Shown here piece after piece: positions 37,901-46,745 of a stretch of DNA of 64,000 bases; position 1 is the first letter of the stretch; every line of letters begins with the position of its first letter. The position numbers were made by a program, and so were the translations under genes. The notes under the pieces were generated by a model, which saw nothing but the letters and a program-made list of their open reading frames with translations, was not told the DNA's origin and made no database searches. The DNA comes from an uncultured Acidobacteriaceae bacterium (GTDB lineage: Bacteria > Acidobacteriota > Terriglobia > Terriglobales > Acidobacteriaceae), in NCBI GenBank assembly GCA_963769185.1, contig CAVYKP010000007.1, positions 466,449-530,448 of the forward strand. The letters run 5' to 3'.

Positions 37901-38154
37901 TGCGCGCGAACGGCTTTGACATGAGGTGCGGCGAGGAGACTGGTAACGATGGGATAGGTCACCTGATCCTCGATCACATCGGGTGGTTGACCTGCCCAGG
38001 CCGTATGAACGATTACCTGCACGTCCGAGATGTCTGGCAGCGCATCCAGCGGAACATGCTGGAGCGACCAGATTCCTGCGAGCGTAAGCAGCAAGACGGC
38101 GGTAAAAACAAGGAAACGATTGCGAGCGCACGCTTCGATAATCCTTGAAAGCAT
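34960..38154 (-). CDS. CusA/CzcA family heavy-metal efflux RND transporter
   Basis: The start MLSRIIEACARNRFLVF at 38154 overlaps the upstream stop by 1 nt. About 1064 aa, 12-TM RND architecture, family-typical motifs throughout. Confidence 0.9.
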   Translation of the reverse strand: MLSRIIEACARNRFLVFTAVLLLTLAGIWSLQHVPLDALPDISDVQVIVHTAWAGQPPDVIEDQVTYPIVTSLLAAPHVKAVRAQTMFGDSYVYVIFEDGTDLYWARSRVIEYLQQISGRLPESVHPVIGPDATGAGWVYEYAIVDKSGKHSLADLRSLQDWHLRYALATVPGVAEVATIGGYIRQYQVQLDPNKLLAYGIPLSMVIDKVKTSTNEAGGRVLDLSGAQYMIRGLGYLRSLNDLATVAVSSKNGTPVLLRDLGTVSFGPDIREGVAEWNGEGETVGGIIVMRQGMNALNVINGVKRKLREIAPSLPSGVQIMPGYDRSGLIDASIKTLQRALLEEAVIVSLVIIIFLFHFRSALIAILALPIAVLVSFIPIYWLGVTSNIMSLGGIALAIGVLVDASIVMVENGYRHLSERQENDANPVSEPERRLILIHAAKQVGPALFFSLLIIVVSFLPVFLLEAQEGRMFRPLAWTKTLAVGSSSILAITLVPVLMVMLIRGRLRPERKNPISRITQAIYLPILKFCLRHRWLTIAINLIFLAVTFPLASRLGSQFMPPLFEGSTLYMPTALPGISIEQAKVLLQQQDRILRSFPEVASVFGAVGRSDSATDNAPLDMYDTTVMLKPRERWRAGMTYETLMQQMDDKLQFPGLTNTWTMPVENRLDMALTGIKTPLGMKVQGPNVDGIQQLASQIENLLSGLPQVRSVFSEKVAQGFYVNVDVNRAEAARYGLTIADVQIAVSSGIGGENIAENIEGRERYPINVRYQRDFRDNVEKMRGVLIGTPSGSQIPLGQVARISFSHGPAMIRDEGGALTGYIYIDLKNTDYGGFVANADKLLHGKLALPANYTFQWSGEYELELRAKQRLRLILPVVFFVIFLLLYLVFHSVAEALVLIFPTIYAMSGGLLLQWLLHYNFSVAVAVGYIALFGIAVETGVVMVVYLHEALEHKLQSGKTLTNADVEDAVVEGAVQRLRPKLMTVCAVLASLIPILWEFGIGSDVMKPIAAPIVGGMITSTIHVLILVPVFFVMMKERALKRGTLVSRDKGSTTTNNDSVVQPSS

Positions 38155-39734
38155 TACATGCCTCCTGTCGCATTCACGCGCAGTTGCTTCGTTGCGATCA
38201 CTTGGCCGTTTTTCTGAACGGAGATGTTGACTTGCCATGTGCCGCCAGAGCCAAGCGAGCCGCTTCCTTCATAGAGACCGTTTCCTTTGTCGGTGAGCTT
38301 CGCGGCCGTGTTCATCGCACCCATGCCCATCGCCGGCATCGCGGCCATATAAAACGTAACCGTCACGTCCGCTCCCGTGACAGGCGCATTTCCAGCGCCG
38401 GTCAAATGAACACGGAATGTATTAACGCCCTTATTCGGCGGATTCGGATCGGTGCTGAAGTCGATGTTCGCTTGAGGCGCATTTGCTGGTGGAGCGTTGC
38501 TCCCAGCGCCTGGCGGAGGCGGCGCGAAGGAACCCGCCGCCGCCTCTAACTGACTTTCCGAATCGATGAGGAAGCTGGCTGAGGTAACGATAGCCTGATG
38601 TGATTCCAGCCCCTTGAGAACGACAAAGTCATCACCGGCACGAGGACCTACCGTGATCTCCTTTGGCTCCAGGTTGCCGTTGCCGTGATTGAGGAAAACC
38701 AATTGCCGTGTGCCGGATTGGAAGACAGCCGACGCAGGAACAACGAGCTGACGTCCCAGGCTGGTTTTTAGATCGACATTCACGAACATGCCCGGCTTTA
38801 GCTTGAGTCCCGGATTCGCCATCGCCAGCCGCACACGAACGGTTCGTGTCGCCATATCCACTTGCGGCAAGATCTCTTCAATCTGGCCGGAGAATGTGCG
38901 GCCCGGATACGAATCAACGGTGATCTGAGCTGTATCGCCCGGCTTCACGCGGCCCAGGTCATTCTGGAATATCTGCGCGTAAACCCAGACACGAGAAAGA
39001 TCGGCAACGGTGTAGAGTTTGGTCGAAGGCTCGGCATACATATTTGGCAAAGCATTTCGCTCGGTAATGTATCCCGCAACCGGTGAGTTGATGGTGAGGT
39101 CAGTGACCGGTTTTCCGGTTTCCTTCAGCTTTTCGATTTCACTCTGAGGCACTTCCCATTGCTCTAAACGTTGCTCGGCTGCGACTGACAACGACTCCGC
39201 TCCAGACGCAACTCCGTCCACGGTACTGGCGCTCACTGCCTTCTGATTCTGTCGTGCCAGCAGATATTCCTGCTGGGTTGCGACAAGCTCCGGGCTGTAG
39301 ATGGTGAAGAGTGGCTCTCCCTTGCGCACGTATTGATACGTTGCATTGGCAAATACTTTGCGGATGTAGCCGGGAAAGCGTACCTGCACGTAGGAGAGAA
39401 GACGCTCATCGATGTCCACCGTGCCGGTCGCACGTATGTCGTCGCTCAGTTGCTTGTACTCGACGGTGCCCGTCTTTACTCCGATGCTCTGCATCCGTTC
39501 GGGCGTGAGTTGGACGGGAACGAGCGGAGTTTCGATTTTCTGTTCCGGCATATTCGATGCCGGCTCTTGCGCGTCTGTGGATGGGCCAGTAGCCACTGGC
39601 TGCACATCGCCTGACATCGGCACGTTCATTGCTCTGGATTGTTTCGCCAAATGGGAGCGGTATGCCCAAATCCCTGCGGCAACTGCGAACATTGCGATCC
39701 AGACAAGTGAGGTTCTCAAGACATATTTGTTCAT
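38154..39734 (-). CDS. RND efflux periplasmic adaptor (CusB/CzcB-like) with a Met-rich YtkA/FixH-like C-terminal domain
   Basis: 526 aa. HlyD/MFP core. The C-terminal ~105 aa (NTFRVHLTGAGNAPVTGADVTVTFYMAAMPAMGMGAM ... GTWQVNISV) resemble a YtkA/FixH-type Ig-like metal-binding domain. Confidence 0.85.
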   Translation of the reverse strand: MNKYVLRTSLVWIAMFAVAAGIWAYRSHLAKQSRAMNVPMSGDVQPVATGPSTDAQEPASNMPEQKIETPLVPVQLTPERMQSIGVKTGTVEYKQLSDDIRATGTVDIDERLLSYVQVRFPGYIRKVFANATYQYVRKGEPLFTIYSPELVATQQEYLLARQNQKAVSASTVDGVASGAESLSVAAEQRLEQWEVPQSEIEKLKETGKPVTDLTINSPVAGYITERNALPNMYAEPSTKLYTVADLSRVWVYAQIFQNDLGRVKPGDTAQITVDSYPGRTFSGQIEEILPQVDMATRTVRVRLAMANPGLKLKPGMFVNVDLKTSLGRQLVVPASAVFQSGTRQLVFLNHGNGNLEPKEITVGPRAGDDFVVLKGLESHQAIVTSASFLIDSESQLEAAAGSFAPPPPGAGSNAPPANAPQANIDFSTDPNPPNKGVNTFRVHLTGAGNAPVTGADVTVTFYMAAMPAMGMGAMNTAAKLTDKGNGLYEGSGSLGSGGTWQVNISVQKNGQVIATKQLRVNATGGM

Positions 39735-40990
39735 CGCAGTGTCGCTCCTGTCAGAGATTCGAGGTGGGCCAAAGCAGTTTCGTGATCCACGATGGTCTGC
39801 GCATATTCAAGCTTCAGGTTAAGAAGGTCTGTGAAATATGAGAGGACGTGAATGAACTGCTCACGATCAGACGCATAGGCGCTCAGCGTGGCGCGATAGG
39901 CTGCGTCGGACTGTGGAATGAGACCTTCCCGATATTCCTTCAATAGCTCTTCATCGCTCGCCGCTTTTACGTACCCCTCCTGCACCTCTGCGAGTTGCTG
40001 TTGCAGATGTGCATGAAAGGTCTGTTGTGATTCGAAGTGCTTCTCCGTGGCCTCTGCGATCTCCGCATTCACCCGCGTTTTACGAGGAAAACGCACATCG
40101 AAAGTGAACATGTAGTAGTCCCGGTACTTGCGGTCGGTGTTCTGGTAGATATAGCCGGCTTCAAAATCCGGTTTGCCCTCACGCTTAGCAGAAGCCAGCT
40201 GCGCCTCCTGCTTCAGAATGGAACTCGCGTCGACCTGGATCTGAGGGTTGTTCTGCCGGACCATCGCAAGAAGCTCATCGGAGGTAAGTTGGAGCGGAGT
40301 AGCGATCAGCTCTTCCGTAACAATGTCCGGCGATCCTTGATCCCGATTGAGCAGGCCTTTGAGATGGGCCTGTATCTGCCCCATCTGCTGATGGTGCATC
40401 GTGAGTTCTTTCACAATCTTGGTTCGGTTCACCTGTGCTTGCAGCACATCCTGCTGCATCCCCTGACCAACCTGATAGTGCGCTGTTGCATCCTGAATGA
40501 GTTGGTCAAGCACGGACTCGTTTTGCCGCAGGATGCCAAGTGTCTGTTGCAGATAGGCCAATTGGAGATAGTCGGCCTTTACCGCACCTGCGATGCTGGT
40601 TTTGGTGACTTCAACCTCAGCTTGCTTCGTGTCGGCGTCGCGCTCGGCTACCGCCCCGCGCGCCCGCAGCTTTCCTGGATAGGGCAATTCCTGCGACGCT
40701 CCGACGCCGATGTAGGCAAAGTCGCTGTTGGTGTATCCGGCAAACGGCTTCGGACTTCCAACACTCAACTGTTGGTAGGTAATTTTCGGGTCGGGCAGCG
40801 TAGTCACCTGTGGGGCTATATGCCTTGCGGCTCGTGCGCCATGATCGGCTGCGGAAATTTGTGGGTTGTTTGCCCCGGCCTCAACTAAAAGGTTGGACAA
40901 GGGCGTGGGCGTACTTGCCACCGGCGTCTGCCCGAAGACAGAAGATGCGGTGACCAGCACGAGCGTGGCGGTCAAAGCGACCATGCTCAT
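39731..40990 (-). CDS. TolC-family outer membrane efflux protein (CusC/CzcC-like)
   Basis: 419 aa. Signal peptide and two OEP repeats. 4-nt overlap with the adaptor gene. Confidence 0.85.
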   Translation of the reverse strand: MSMVALTATLVLVTASSVFGQTPVASTPTPLSNLLVEAGANNPQISAADHGARAARHIAPQVTTLPDPKITYQQLSVGSPKPFAGYTNSDFAYIGVGASQELPYPGKLRARGAVAERDADTKQAEVEVTKTSIAGAVKADYLQLAYLQQTLGILRQNESVLDQLIQDATAHYQVGQGMQQDVLQAQVNRTKIVKELTMHHQQMGQIQAHLKGLLNRDQGSPDIVTEELIATPLQLTSDELLAMVRQNNPQIQVDASSILKQEAQLASAKREGKPDFEAGYIYQNTDRKYRDYYMFTFDVRFPRKTRVNAEIAEATEKHFESQQTFHAHLQQQLAEVQEGYVKAASDEELLKEYREGLIPQSDAAYRATLSAYASDREQFIHVLSYFTDLLNLKLEYAQTIVDHETALAHLESLTGATLR

Positions 40991-41087
40991 ACAAAAGCTC
41001 CAATCTCAATTGCAATTCAAAGCATTCGCCGAGACACGCAAACACACGTATGCGCTCGGCAAAAGTGGAGTGCGAGAGAGGAGCGGA

Positions 41088-41459
41088 CTAGATTCTTAGA
41101 ATGGAAATGGTCGAAGGCGGGGACTTTGGAGGCGAGTAGTCGTGCTGTTCCACCCATCCGGTAACAGAAGAAGCAGGAGTCACTAACTCGGAAGCAGCCA
41201 ACCAGATAACGGGAACCGCAACCGGGTGGAGGGCCACTGTCTTTGTATCCAGGGCATTGTCGTGAATGCTCGGCGGAGTCTTCTGGCAGCAGCCATGCGA
41301 CGCCGGCATCTCCATCTGACCGCACTGGTTCTTCATCATGCGGCAGCAGGCGCGCTCTTGATCGCTCATCTGCGCATTAGCAACCATGCAGGCCATTGCT
41401 GGAGCCAGGCATGACACCAGCAGCAAGACCAGCACACCGAATTGGCGGAGAACACGCAT
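41088..41459 (-). CDS. Small secreted Cys/Met-rich protein, first gene upstream of cusCBA
   Basis: 123 aa. Signal peptide, then CMVANAQMSDQERACCRMMKNQCGQMEMPASHGCCQK. No family recognised. Confidence 0.55.
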   Translation of the reverse strand: MRVLRQFGVLVLLLVSCLAPAMACMVANAQMSDQERACCRMMKNQCGQMEMPASHGCCQKTPPSIHDNALDTKTVALHPVAVPVIWLAASELVTPASSVTGWVEQHDYSPPKSPPSTISILRI

Positions 41460-41495
41460 TGCTGTAATTAGACTACGTCTCGTTCTTCAGTTGCA

Positions 41496-41690
41496 AATGC
41501 ATCAGGCAACAAACATGACTGTGAGGCAGTCTTTCGTGTCCTCTGTACGCAGTCGATTTCGCATCTGACTGTATTCAGGACGATTGTCCTGGGCTACTTT
41601 CAGTCGTCGCCATTCGACTTCGCTCAGGCCAGGCCCCGCGGGCCTGTTTGGTTGCCGATGGAAGCCTGGTTTCGTTTCATTTAACCGCAA
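41496..41690. repeat. Relic of the RAYT 5' end plus its upstream REP units
   Basis: 41496-41570 aligns to 9033-9107 (first 11 codons and leader of the intact RAYT; the start codon is mutated). 41570-41690 carries REP motifs (GGCCCCGCGGGCC, GGTTTCGTTTCA). Confidence 0.75.
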
Positions 41691-41758
41691 ACCATCAGCC
41701 CAACTACGGGGCTCGCAGGGACGGAGTTGTATGTGGTGGGTGTAGGCAGGGTTCGTAG

Positions 41759-42257
41759 TCAGACTGCCGGCATGAGCGTTCCTATGCGGTCGAGCTCGGC
41801 TTTGAACCGTGGGCTGTCGATTAGCAGCTCTGACAACGGCAGTCTGAAGAATGCCTCGATGCGGGTGCGCAGCGTGCGGTACGCATGCATGAAGGCGGCA
41901 TCGATTTCAGCATCCGTGCCGGTTACGTGAGCCGGATCTTCCACGCCCCAGTGCGTGCGAACCACCGGCCCCAGATAGGCGGGGCAGGTCTCTCCCGCGG
42001 CGCTTGCACAGACGGTCACCACGACATCGGGCGTCAACGGCAGATTGTCCCATGACTTGCTGTAGTAACCTTCCGTCGAGATACCCTCGCTGGCCAGCAG
42101 CGCGAGCGAACGGGGATGAATATACCCCAGCCGGATGGCTGCCCGCGCTCATGGCTTCCCAGCCCGCGGGCGCAAGGTGATTGAAGATGCCCTCGGCAAG
42201 AACCGAGCGGCAGGAGTTTCCAGTACACAGAAATAAAACGTTGTAGTGTGCGGGCAT
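41759..42257 (-). pseudogene. arsC: Arsenate reductase ArsC (LMW-PTP/thioredoxin type) with a +1 frameshift
   Basis: The N-terminal half VLFLCTGNSCRS (41907..42257 frame) and the C-terminal half TVCASAAGETCP ... HWGVEDP (41759..42037 frame) are both ArsC-like. Deleting one G in the G4 run (plus-strand C4 at 42125-42128) gives a continuous SAGSHPAGYIHPRSLALLASEGI... Confidence 0.8.
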
Positions 42258-42302
42258 CTGTTCCTTGACCTCAGGGCTACTGAAACTGTGCTTTTTACTC
42301 CC

Positions 42303-43235
42303 TCATGCAGTCGCAGCGCAGCAGGCCGGACCACAGCAGGCTTCCGCTGCCACCGTCTTTGGCTTCACCGCATACACCTTCACGCTGGCTGCAGCCTCAT
42401 TCACATCGTATTGAGACAAGAGCGCAGTCAAATCCTCATGCAGGCTGCTCGACGGTTGGGGCGAGCAGCAGCTCTCGGCCAACACCGTCAGACCGGGAGT
42501 GGGCGCAGTACCCATCGCCGGGGAGCAGCATCCGGCCTGATTCTCCACCTTGGCGTAAGCGTTCAGATCGGCGCCGCTGTCTACAATCTCTACGTGCTCG
42601 AAACCGGCGGCGCGCAGGCCTTCGCGGTAATCGCCGATGAGTATCGCACCGGCGATGCAGCCAACGTAGGCCGCCATGCTCTCGGCCACGGCGGGCGGCA
42701 ACTCGTGCTTGAGCGCAATGTCACTCACGGCAAGCCTTCCACCAGGCTTAAGAATACGCGCAATCTCGCGAAACACGGCCGGCTTGTCAGGGGCGAGGTT
42801 GATGACGCAATTGCTGATCACGCAATCGACCGATGCATCGGGCAGTGGAATCTTGTCGATGGTCGCGAGGTAAAACGCAACGTTCTTGTAGCCGCCTTTC
42901 TCCGCATTCGTCTGCGCGCGCTCAATCATTTCCGGAGTCATGTCGATGCCGATCGCTTTGCCCTCGGGACCGACGAGTTGCGAGGCGAGAAAGATGTCGA
43001 GTCCTCCGCCCGAACCAAGGTCAACGACGACCTCGCCGGGCCGGATCGACGCAATGGCCGTTGGGTTGCCGCAGGAAAGGCCCATATGCGCCTCGGCCGG
43101 GATCGACGTCAATTCCTCTGCGCTATACCCGAACGCTTCAGCCACCGCGTTCACCCCGGCGTGCCTGCCGGAAAGCTCGCTCTCGGCGACCGCCGCGTAT
43201 TTCGACCTCACCGCTGTCAGCAATGGATCCGTCAT
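42303..43235 (-). CDS. arsM: Arsenite S-adenosylmethionine methyltransferase
   Basis: 310 aa. [18 protein letters not shown] (SAM motif I), VISNCVINL, and a Cys-pair-rich C-terminus. Confidence 0.85.
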   Translation of the reverse strand: MTDPLLTAVRSKYAAVAESELSGRHAGVNAVAEAFGYSAEELTSIPAEAHMGLSCGNPTAIASIRPGEVVVDLGSGGGLDIFLASQLVGPEGKAIGIDMTPEMIERAQTNAEKGGYKNVAFYLATIDKIPLPDASVDCVISNCVINLAPDKPAVFREIARILKPGGRLAVSDIALKHELPPAVAESMAAYVGCIAGAILIGDYREGLRAAGFEHVEIVDSGADLNAYAKVENQAGCCSPAMGTAPTPGLTVLAESCCSPQPSSSLHEDLTALLSQYDVNEAAASVKVYAVKPKTVAAEACCGPACCAATA

Positions 43236-43311
43236 GACAACCCTCCTACATATCTGCTAACACGACTATATTCCTGCTGAACATATGCGTCAACGCGTAT
43301 ATAATTTTTCC
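43236..43311. promoter_or_regulatory. Divergent arsM/arsR control region with a TATAAT box 6 nt upstream of the arsR ATG
   Basis: TATAAT at 43300-43305; ATG at 43312. Direct repeats CTGCTAACA (43254-43262) and CTGCTGAACA (43274-43283). Confidence 0.3.
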
Positions 43312-43785
43312 ATGGCGAACAGGCAAAAAGCCTTCCATATGGAGCGTTTCTTCCAGGCCCTTGGGGATAACACCCGGTTGCGGCTTTTGAATCTCATGGG
43401 GTCGCAGGAAATCTGCGTTTGTTATTTTGTCGAGATTTTGCAACAGCCCCAGCCGAAGATTTCGCGCCACCTGGCGTACCTGCGCAGCGCAGGCATCGTG
43501 ACGCCGCGCCGTGACGGCAAGTGGATGCACTACCGCATCGTGATGCCCCCCAACGAAGGCGCGGCGGCGGTGCTGCGGCAGACGCTGCATTGGCTTAAAG
43601 GGGAAAAAAACATGCAGGCGGACCGGGCAAAACTGAGCAAGGCGTGCTGCACGCCGCAGAAGTACGTTACCTTGCTGGGCGCACCGCTCCCCCTCCCTAT
43701 CGAACCATGTATTGAACGATGCGGTGAATGGTCAGCGCCGCTTCTCACTTCGGAGGTGAAAATGCCCTCTACCCCGTGGGTATAG
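43312..43785 (+). CDS. arsR: ArsR/SmtB family metalloregulator
   Basis: LGDNTRLRLLNLMGSQEICVCYFVEILQQPQPKISRHLAYLRSAGIV, with the CVC metalloid-site context. An alternative upstream ATG exists at 43285. Confidence 0.85.
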   Translation: MANRQKAFHMERFFQALGDNTRLRLLNLMGSQEICVCYFVEILQQPQPKISRHLAYLRSAGIVTPRRDGKWMHYRIVMPPNEGAAAVLRQTLHWLKGEKNMQADRAKLSKACCTPQKYVTLLGAPLPLPIEPCIERCGEWSAPLLTSEVKMPSTPWV

Positions 43786-43805
43786 CCCTCGGCGTTAGCC
43801 CGCAT

Positions 43806-43936
43806 GAAGGGTACGGGCTTTCAGCCCGACGTCAGCGATAGCACAAAACGCGGCTTCAGCGCTGCGGAAAACCGGATTTACCCTCAGCGGCTAAAGCCGC
43901 TTCCATCCTGTGAACCAATGTACGGGCTAAAGCTCG
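43806..43936. repeat. Family B hairpin repeat element (uninterrupted copy)
   Basis: GAAGGGTACGGGCTTTCAGCCCG ... GCGGCTTCAGCGCTGC ... CAGCGGCTAAAGCCGCT ... GTACGGGCTAAAGC. Reverse-complement homolog of 2782-2913. Confidence 0.7.
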
Positions 43937-43975
43937 CTCGTCAACCGTTCTCGCTTCAAGGTGAATTACCCGGTA

Positions 43976-46633
43976 CTACTCAGATCGAAGCGCTTTCATT
44001 GGATCTAATCGGGAAGCACGCCATGCGGGAGCGAGGCAGGCCAGAACCGCGACCGCCAACAGCGTCGCAATCACGCCGGAGAGAACCACAGGATCGAGAG
44101 GCTTCGTTCCGAAAAGCATCGACTGGAAGATGCGTGTCGCCGCGAAGCTCAACAACAAGCCAAGCCCGAGCCCGAACAGTGCTGGCCGCAGGCCATCGAC
44201 CAGCATCCACTGCAAGAGCTGATCTCGTGGCGCGCCGAGCGCCATGCGGATTCCCAGCTCCGAAGTGCGCTGAGTCGTCAGGTACGACAGCACGCCGTAC
44301 AATCCCACCGAGGCAAGAAGCAGCGATAAAACTGCGAAGGCCAGAACGAGCGTCGCGCTCAGGCTCGCATTGACCAATGACTCGCCGATCACCTGGTTCA
44401 GTGTGAGCACATCCGAAACCGGAAGCCCAGGATCGAGCGATGCGATCTGCTTTTGCACCGTCACCGAGAACTGCAACGGCTCCGACGCCGTGTGCACAGC
44501 AAGCATATTGCCGCTTCCTGCGATACCTTCGAGGATCGGGAAGTACATGGCCGGCTGCGGCTCTTTGCCGACCTGGTACAACGTGTCGCCGACTACGCCC
44601 ACGATTTCGTAATCGACGTCGCCAGGCGCTCCGGCATGGGCATGCGCTGGAACGTGCAGGTGCTTGCCGATGGGATTGTCACCTGGGAAGTATTGCCGCA
44701 CAAGTTGATGGCTCACAATCACCTTGTACGATCGAGCAACGCGTTCGTCGTTGGTAAAGAAGCGGCCGTTCACAAGCGGAATTCCGAGGGCGCTGAAATA
44801 ACCTGGATCGGACCAGCGCGCCATCGCCGAGGGCAGGTCTTCGCCCGCCTTCAGCGGAGGATGCTCCTTCACCGTGAATATGAAGTCTCCCCAATATCCC
44901 GCAGCCGGAAGCGTGTTTCCCAACGCAGCAGAGCGAACCCCGGGGATGGATCTCACTCGCTCCAGCAGTCCTTCATTGAATGCGTTCACCTTCTCCGGCG
45001 TGTCATATTTCTTTTCCGGCAGGCTGTACTGCAGCGTGAGCATGTTTTCGGTAACACAGCCCACATCGGCTGAGCGCAGCCGCATAAAGCTCTTGAGCAG
45101 CAAGCCCGCAGCAACCAGCAGGACCACCGTGATTCCAATCTCCACCGTGAGGAGCGACTTTCGCAGCGCAGTGCGCGAAACGCTGCTCGCTCCTGTGCGC
45201 GCAGAAGTCTGCAGGCCTTTCAGCACGGTCTTGCCCGTTGTCGAGAGCGCGGGCAGCAAGCCGGCAACCAGCGCCGCTGCGAACATCAGCACGCACGCAA
45301 ACGCAATCACGGCGCCATCGAGGTGAATGCTTTGCGCGGTGGGCAAGCCTTTCCACGCATGCGCGAGGAACTTCGTCGCAAGTACCGACAGCAGAATGCC
45401 ACCCACGCCACCGGCCGTGCAGATCAACACGCTCTCGGTCAACTGCTCGCGAATTAAGGTGGCACGCTGCGCTCCGAGCGCGCTGCGAATCGCTACTTCC
45501 TTCTGCCGTGCCGCGCCCCGCGCAACCAGCAGATTCGAGACATTGAGGCAGCCGATCAGCAGCATGCAGCCGACGGCGCTGAACATGATGTTCAGCGGCT
45601 TCTTCACGTTCCCCGCGAGATCCTCGTTCAGCGAACGGGGAGCGACCTCTTCGTTCACAGGATCCTGTGGGTATTGCAGGTGAAGCTGGTACTGGACTGC
45701 ACCCACCTGCGCCAGGGCGCTCGCAAGGCTCACGTCAGGGCGCAACCGCGCTATCACCTGGCTCTGGTGGTAGTCGTGATGTTGCAAGAGCTCAGGCGTG
45801 ACATCCGCTTTATACGGAACCCACAACTGGATGCCGGCATCGGGATACATGAACCACGAAGGCAGCACGCCCACTACAGTGAAGGAAGTGCCATCGAGGT
45901 GAATTTGGCGACCTACGATCTTCGCATCACCGGCAAACCGCCTCTGGAAGACGCTCCACGTCAGCATGACAACGGTGTTGCCGGGCCGGTCCTCCGACTC
46001 AGTAAATGCCCGGCCTAACGCTGGTTCCACTCCCAGGAGCTGAAACAAATTCCATGAGCCCGCGGCTGCACGGACCGACTCCGGCAGTTCGCCGCGTTCA
46101 CCGGTCAAGTTGTACCCGGCATAACGAATGATTGCCATGTCTTCAAAACCATGGGTCTTCGAGCGCCAGTCATAAAAGTCTGCCGGAGCAACCGGATTGT
46201 AGGTGAAATCCGACGCCGGCGCCCCAGCCGCGCGATGGTGCTCGTACACCATCACCAGCCGGTCGGGATCTCGAAAAGGAACCGGTCTCAGCAGAACCGA
46301 GCGCACAAGGGTGAACAGCGATGTAGCCGCGCCAATGCACAAGGCCATCACGACAAACGTAACAATCGAGAAGCCCGGCGTACGCCTCAAGGTGCGCAAA
46401 GCATATTTCAAGTCGTGACCGAGACTCGTGAAAGGCAGCAGAGAGTTCTGAGCCCACAGGGATTCACGCACACTCTGAGCGTTGCCCAGTGTCACCCGCG
46501 CTTGCCGCCGGGCCTCCTCGGGCGACGTGCCGCGCGCCACGTGATCAGCCGTCTCTTCGGTCAGAAAAACTTCAATCTCTTCCTGCAACTCGGCGTCGGA
46601 GCGTTTACGGCGGAGAAACCTCAGCCAACTCAT
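43976..46633 (-). CDS. ADOP-family duplicated MacB/FtsX-like permease (no adjacent PadR)
   Basis: ORF to 46663. The likely start MSWLRFLRRKRSDAELQEEIEVFLTEE (permease prefix) is at 46633. Two MacB-periplasmic plus FtsX modules. Confidence 0.85.
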   Translation of the reverse strand: MSWLRFLRRKRSDAELQEEIEVFLTEETADHVARGTSPEEARRQARVTLGNAQSVRESLWAQNSLLPFTSLGHDLKYALRTLRRTPGFSIVTFVVMALCIGAATSLFTLVRSVLLRPVPFRDPDRLVMVYEHHRAAGAPASDFTYNPVAPADFYDWRSKTHGFEDMAIIRYAGYNLTGERGELPESVRAAAGSWNLFQLLGVEPALGRAFTESEDRPGNTVVMLTWSVFQRRFAGDAKIVGRQIHLDGTSFTVVGVLPSWFMYPDAGIQLWVPYKADVTPELLQHHDYHQSQVIARLRPDVSLASALAQVGAVQYQLHLQYPQDPVNEEVAPRSLNEDLAGNVKKPLNIMFSAVGCMLLIGCLNVSNLLVARGAARQKEVAIRSALGAQRATLIREQLTESVLICTAGGVGGILLSVLATKFLAHAWKGLPTAQSIHLDGAVIAFACVLMFAAALVAGLLPALSTTGKTVLKGLQTSARTGASSVSRTALRKSLLTVEIGITVVLLVAAGLLLKSFMRLRSADVGCVTENMLTLQYSLPEKKYDTPEKVNAFNEGLLERVRSIPGVRSAALGNTLPAAGYWGDFIFTVKEHPPLKAGEDLPSAMARWSDPGYFSALGIPLVNGRFFTNDERVARSYKVIVSHQLVRQYFPGDNPIGKHLHVPAHAHAGAPGDVDYEIVGVVGDTLYQVGKEPQPAMYFPILEGIAGSGNMLAVHTASEPLQFSVTVQKQIASLDPGLPVSDVLTLNQVIGESLVNASLSATLVLAFAVLSLLLASVGLYGVLSYLTTQRTSELGIRMALGAPRDQLLQWMLVDGLRPALFGLGLGLLLSFAATRIFQSMLFGTKPLDPVVLSGVIATLLAVAVLACLAPAWRASRLDPMKALRSE

Positions 46634-46726
46634 TGTCCACCTCCCTGTTCGCCCATCACGCATAGATCTCTCCCCTCGGAGTTCTATTGGAAGGAATCAT
46701 ACACCACTCGAATTTCTATGGGAAGG

Positions 46727-46745
46727 TCGAAGGGAATCCCTTCGA
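46727..46745. promoter_or_regulatory. Perfect 19-bp palindrome upstream of the orphan ADOP gene
   Basis: TCGAAGGGA-A-TCCCTTCGA, followed by the direct repeat CGAACATCT at 46742-46750 and 46763-46771. About 95-140 nt upstream of the start at 46633. Confidence 0.3.
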
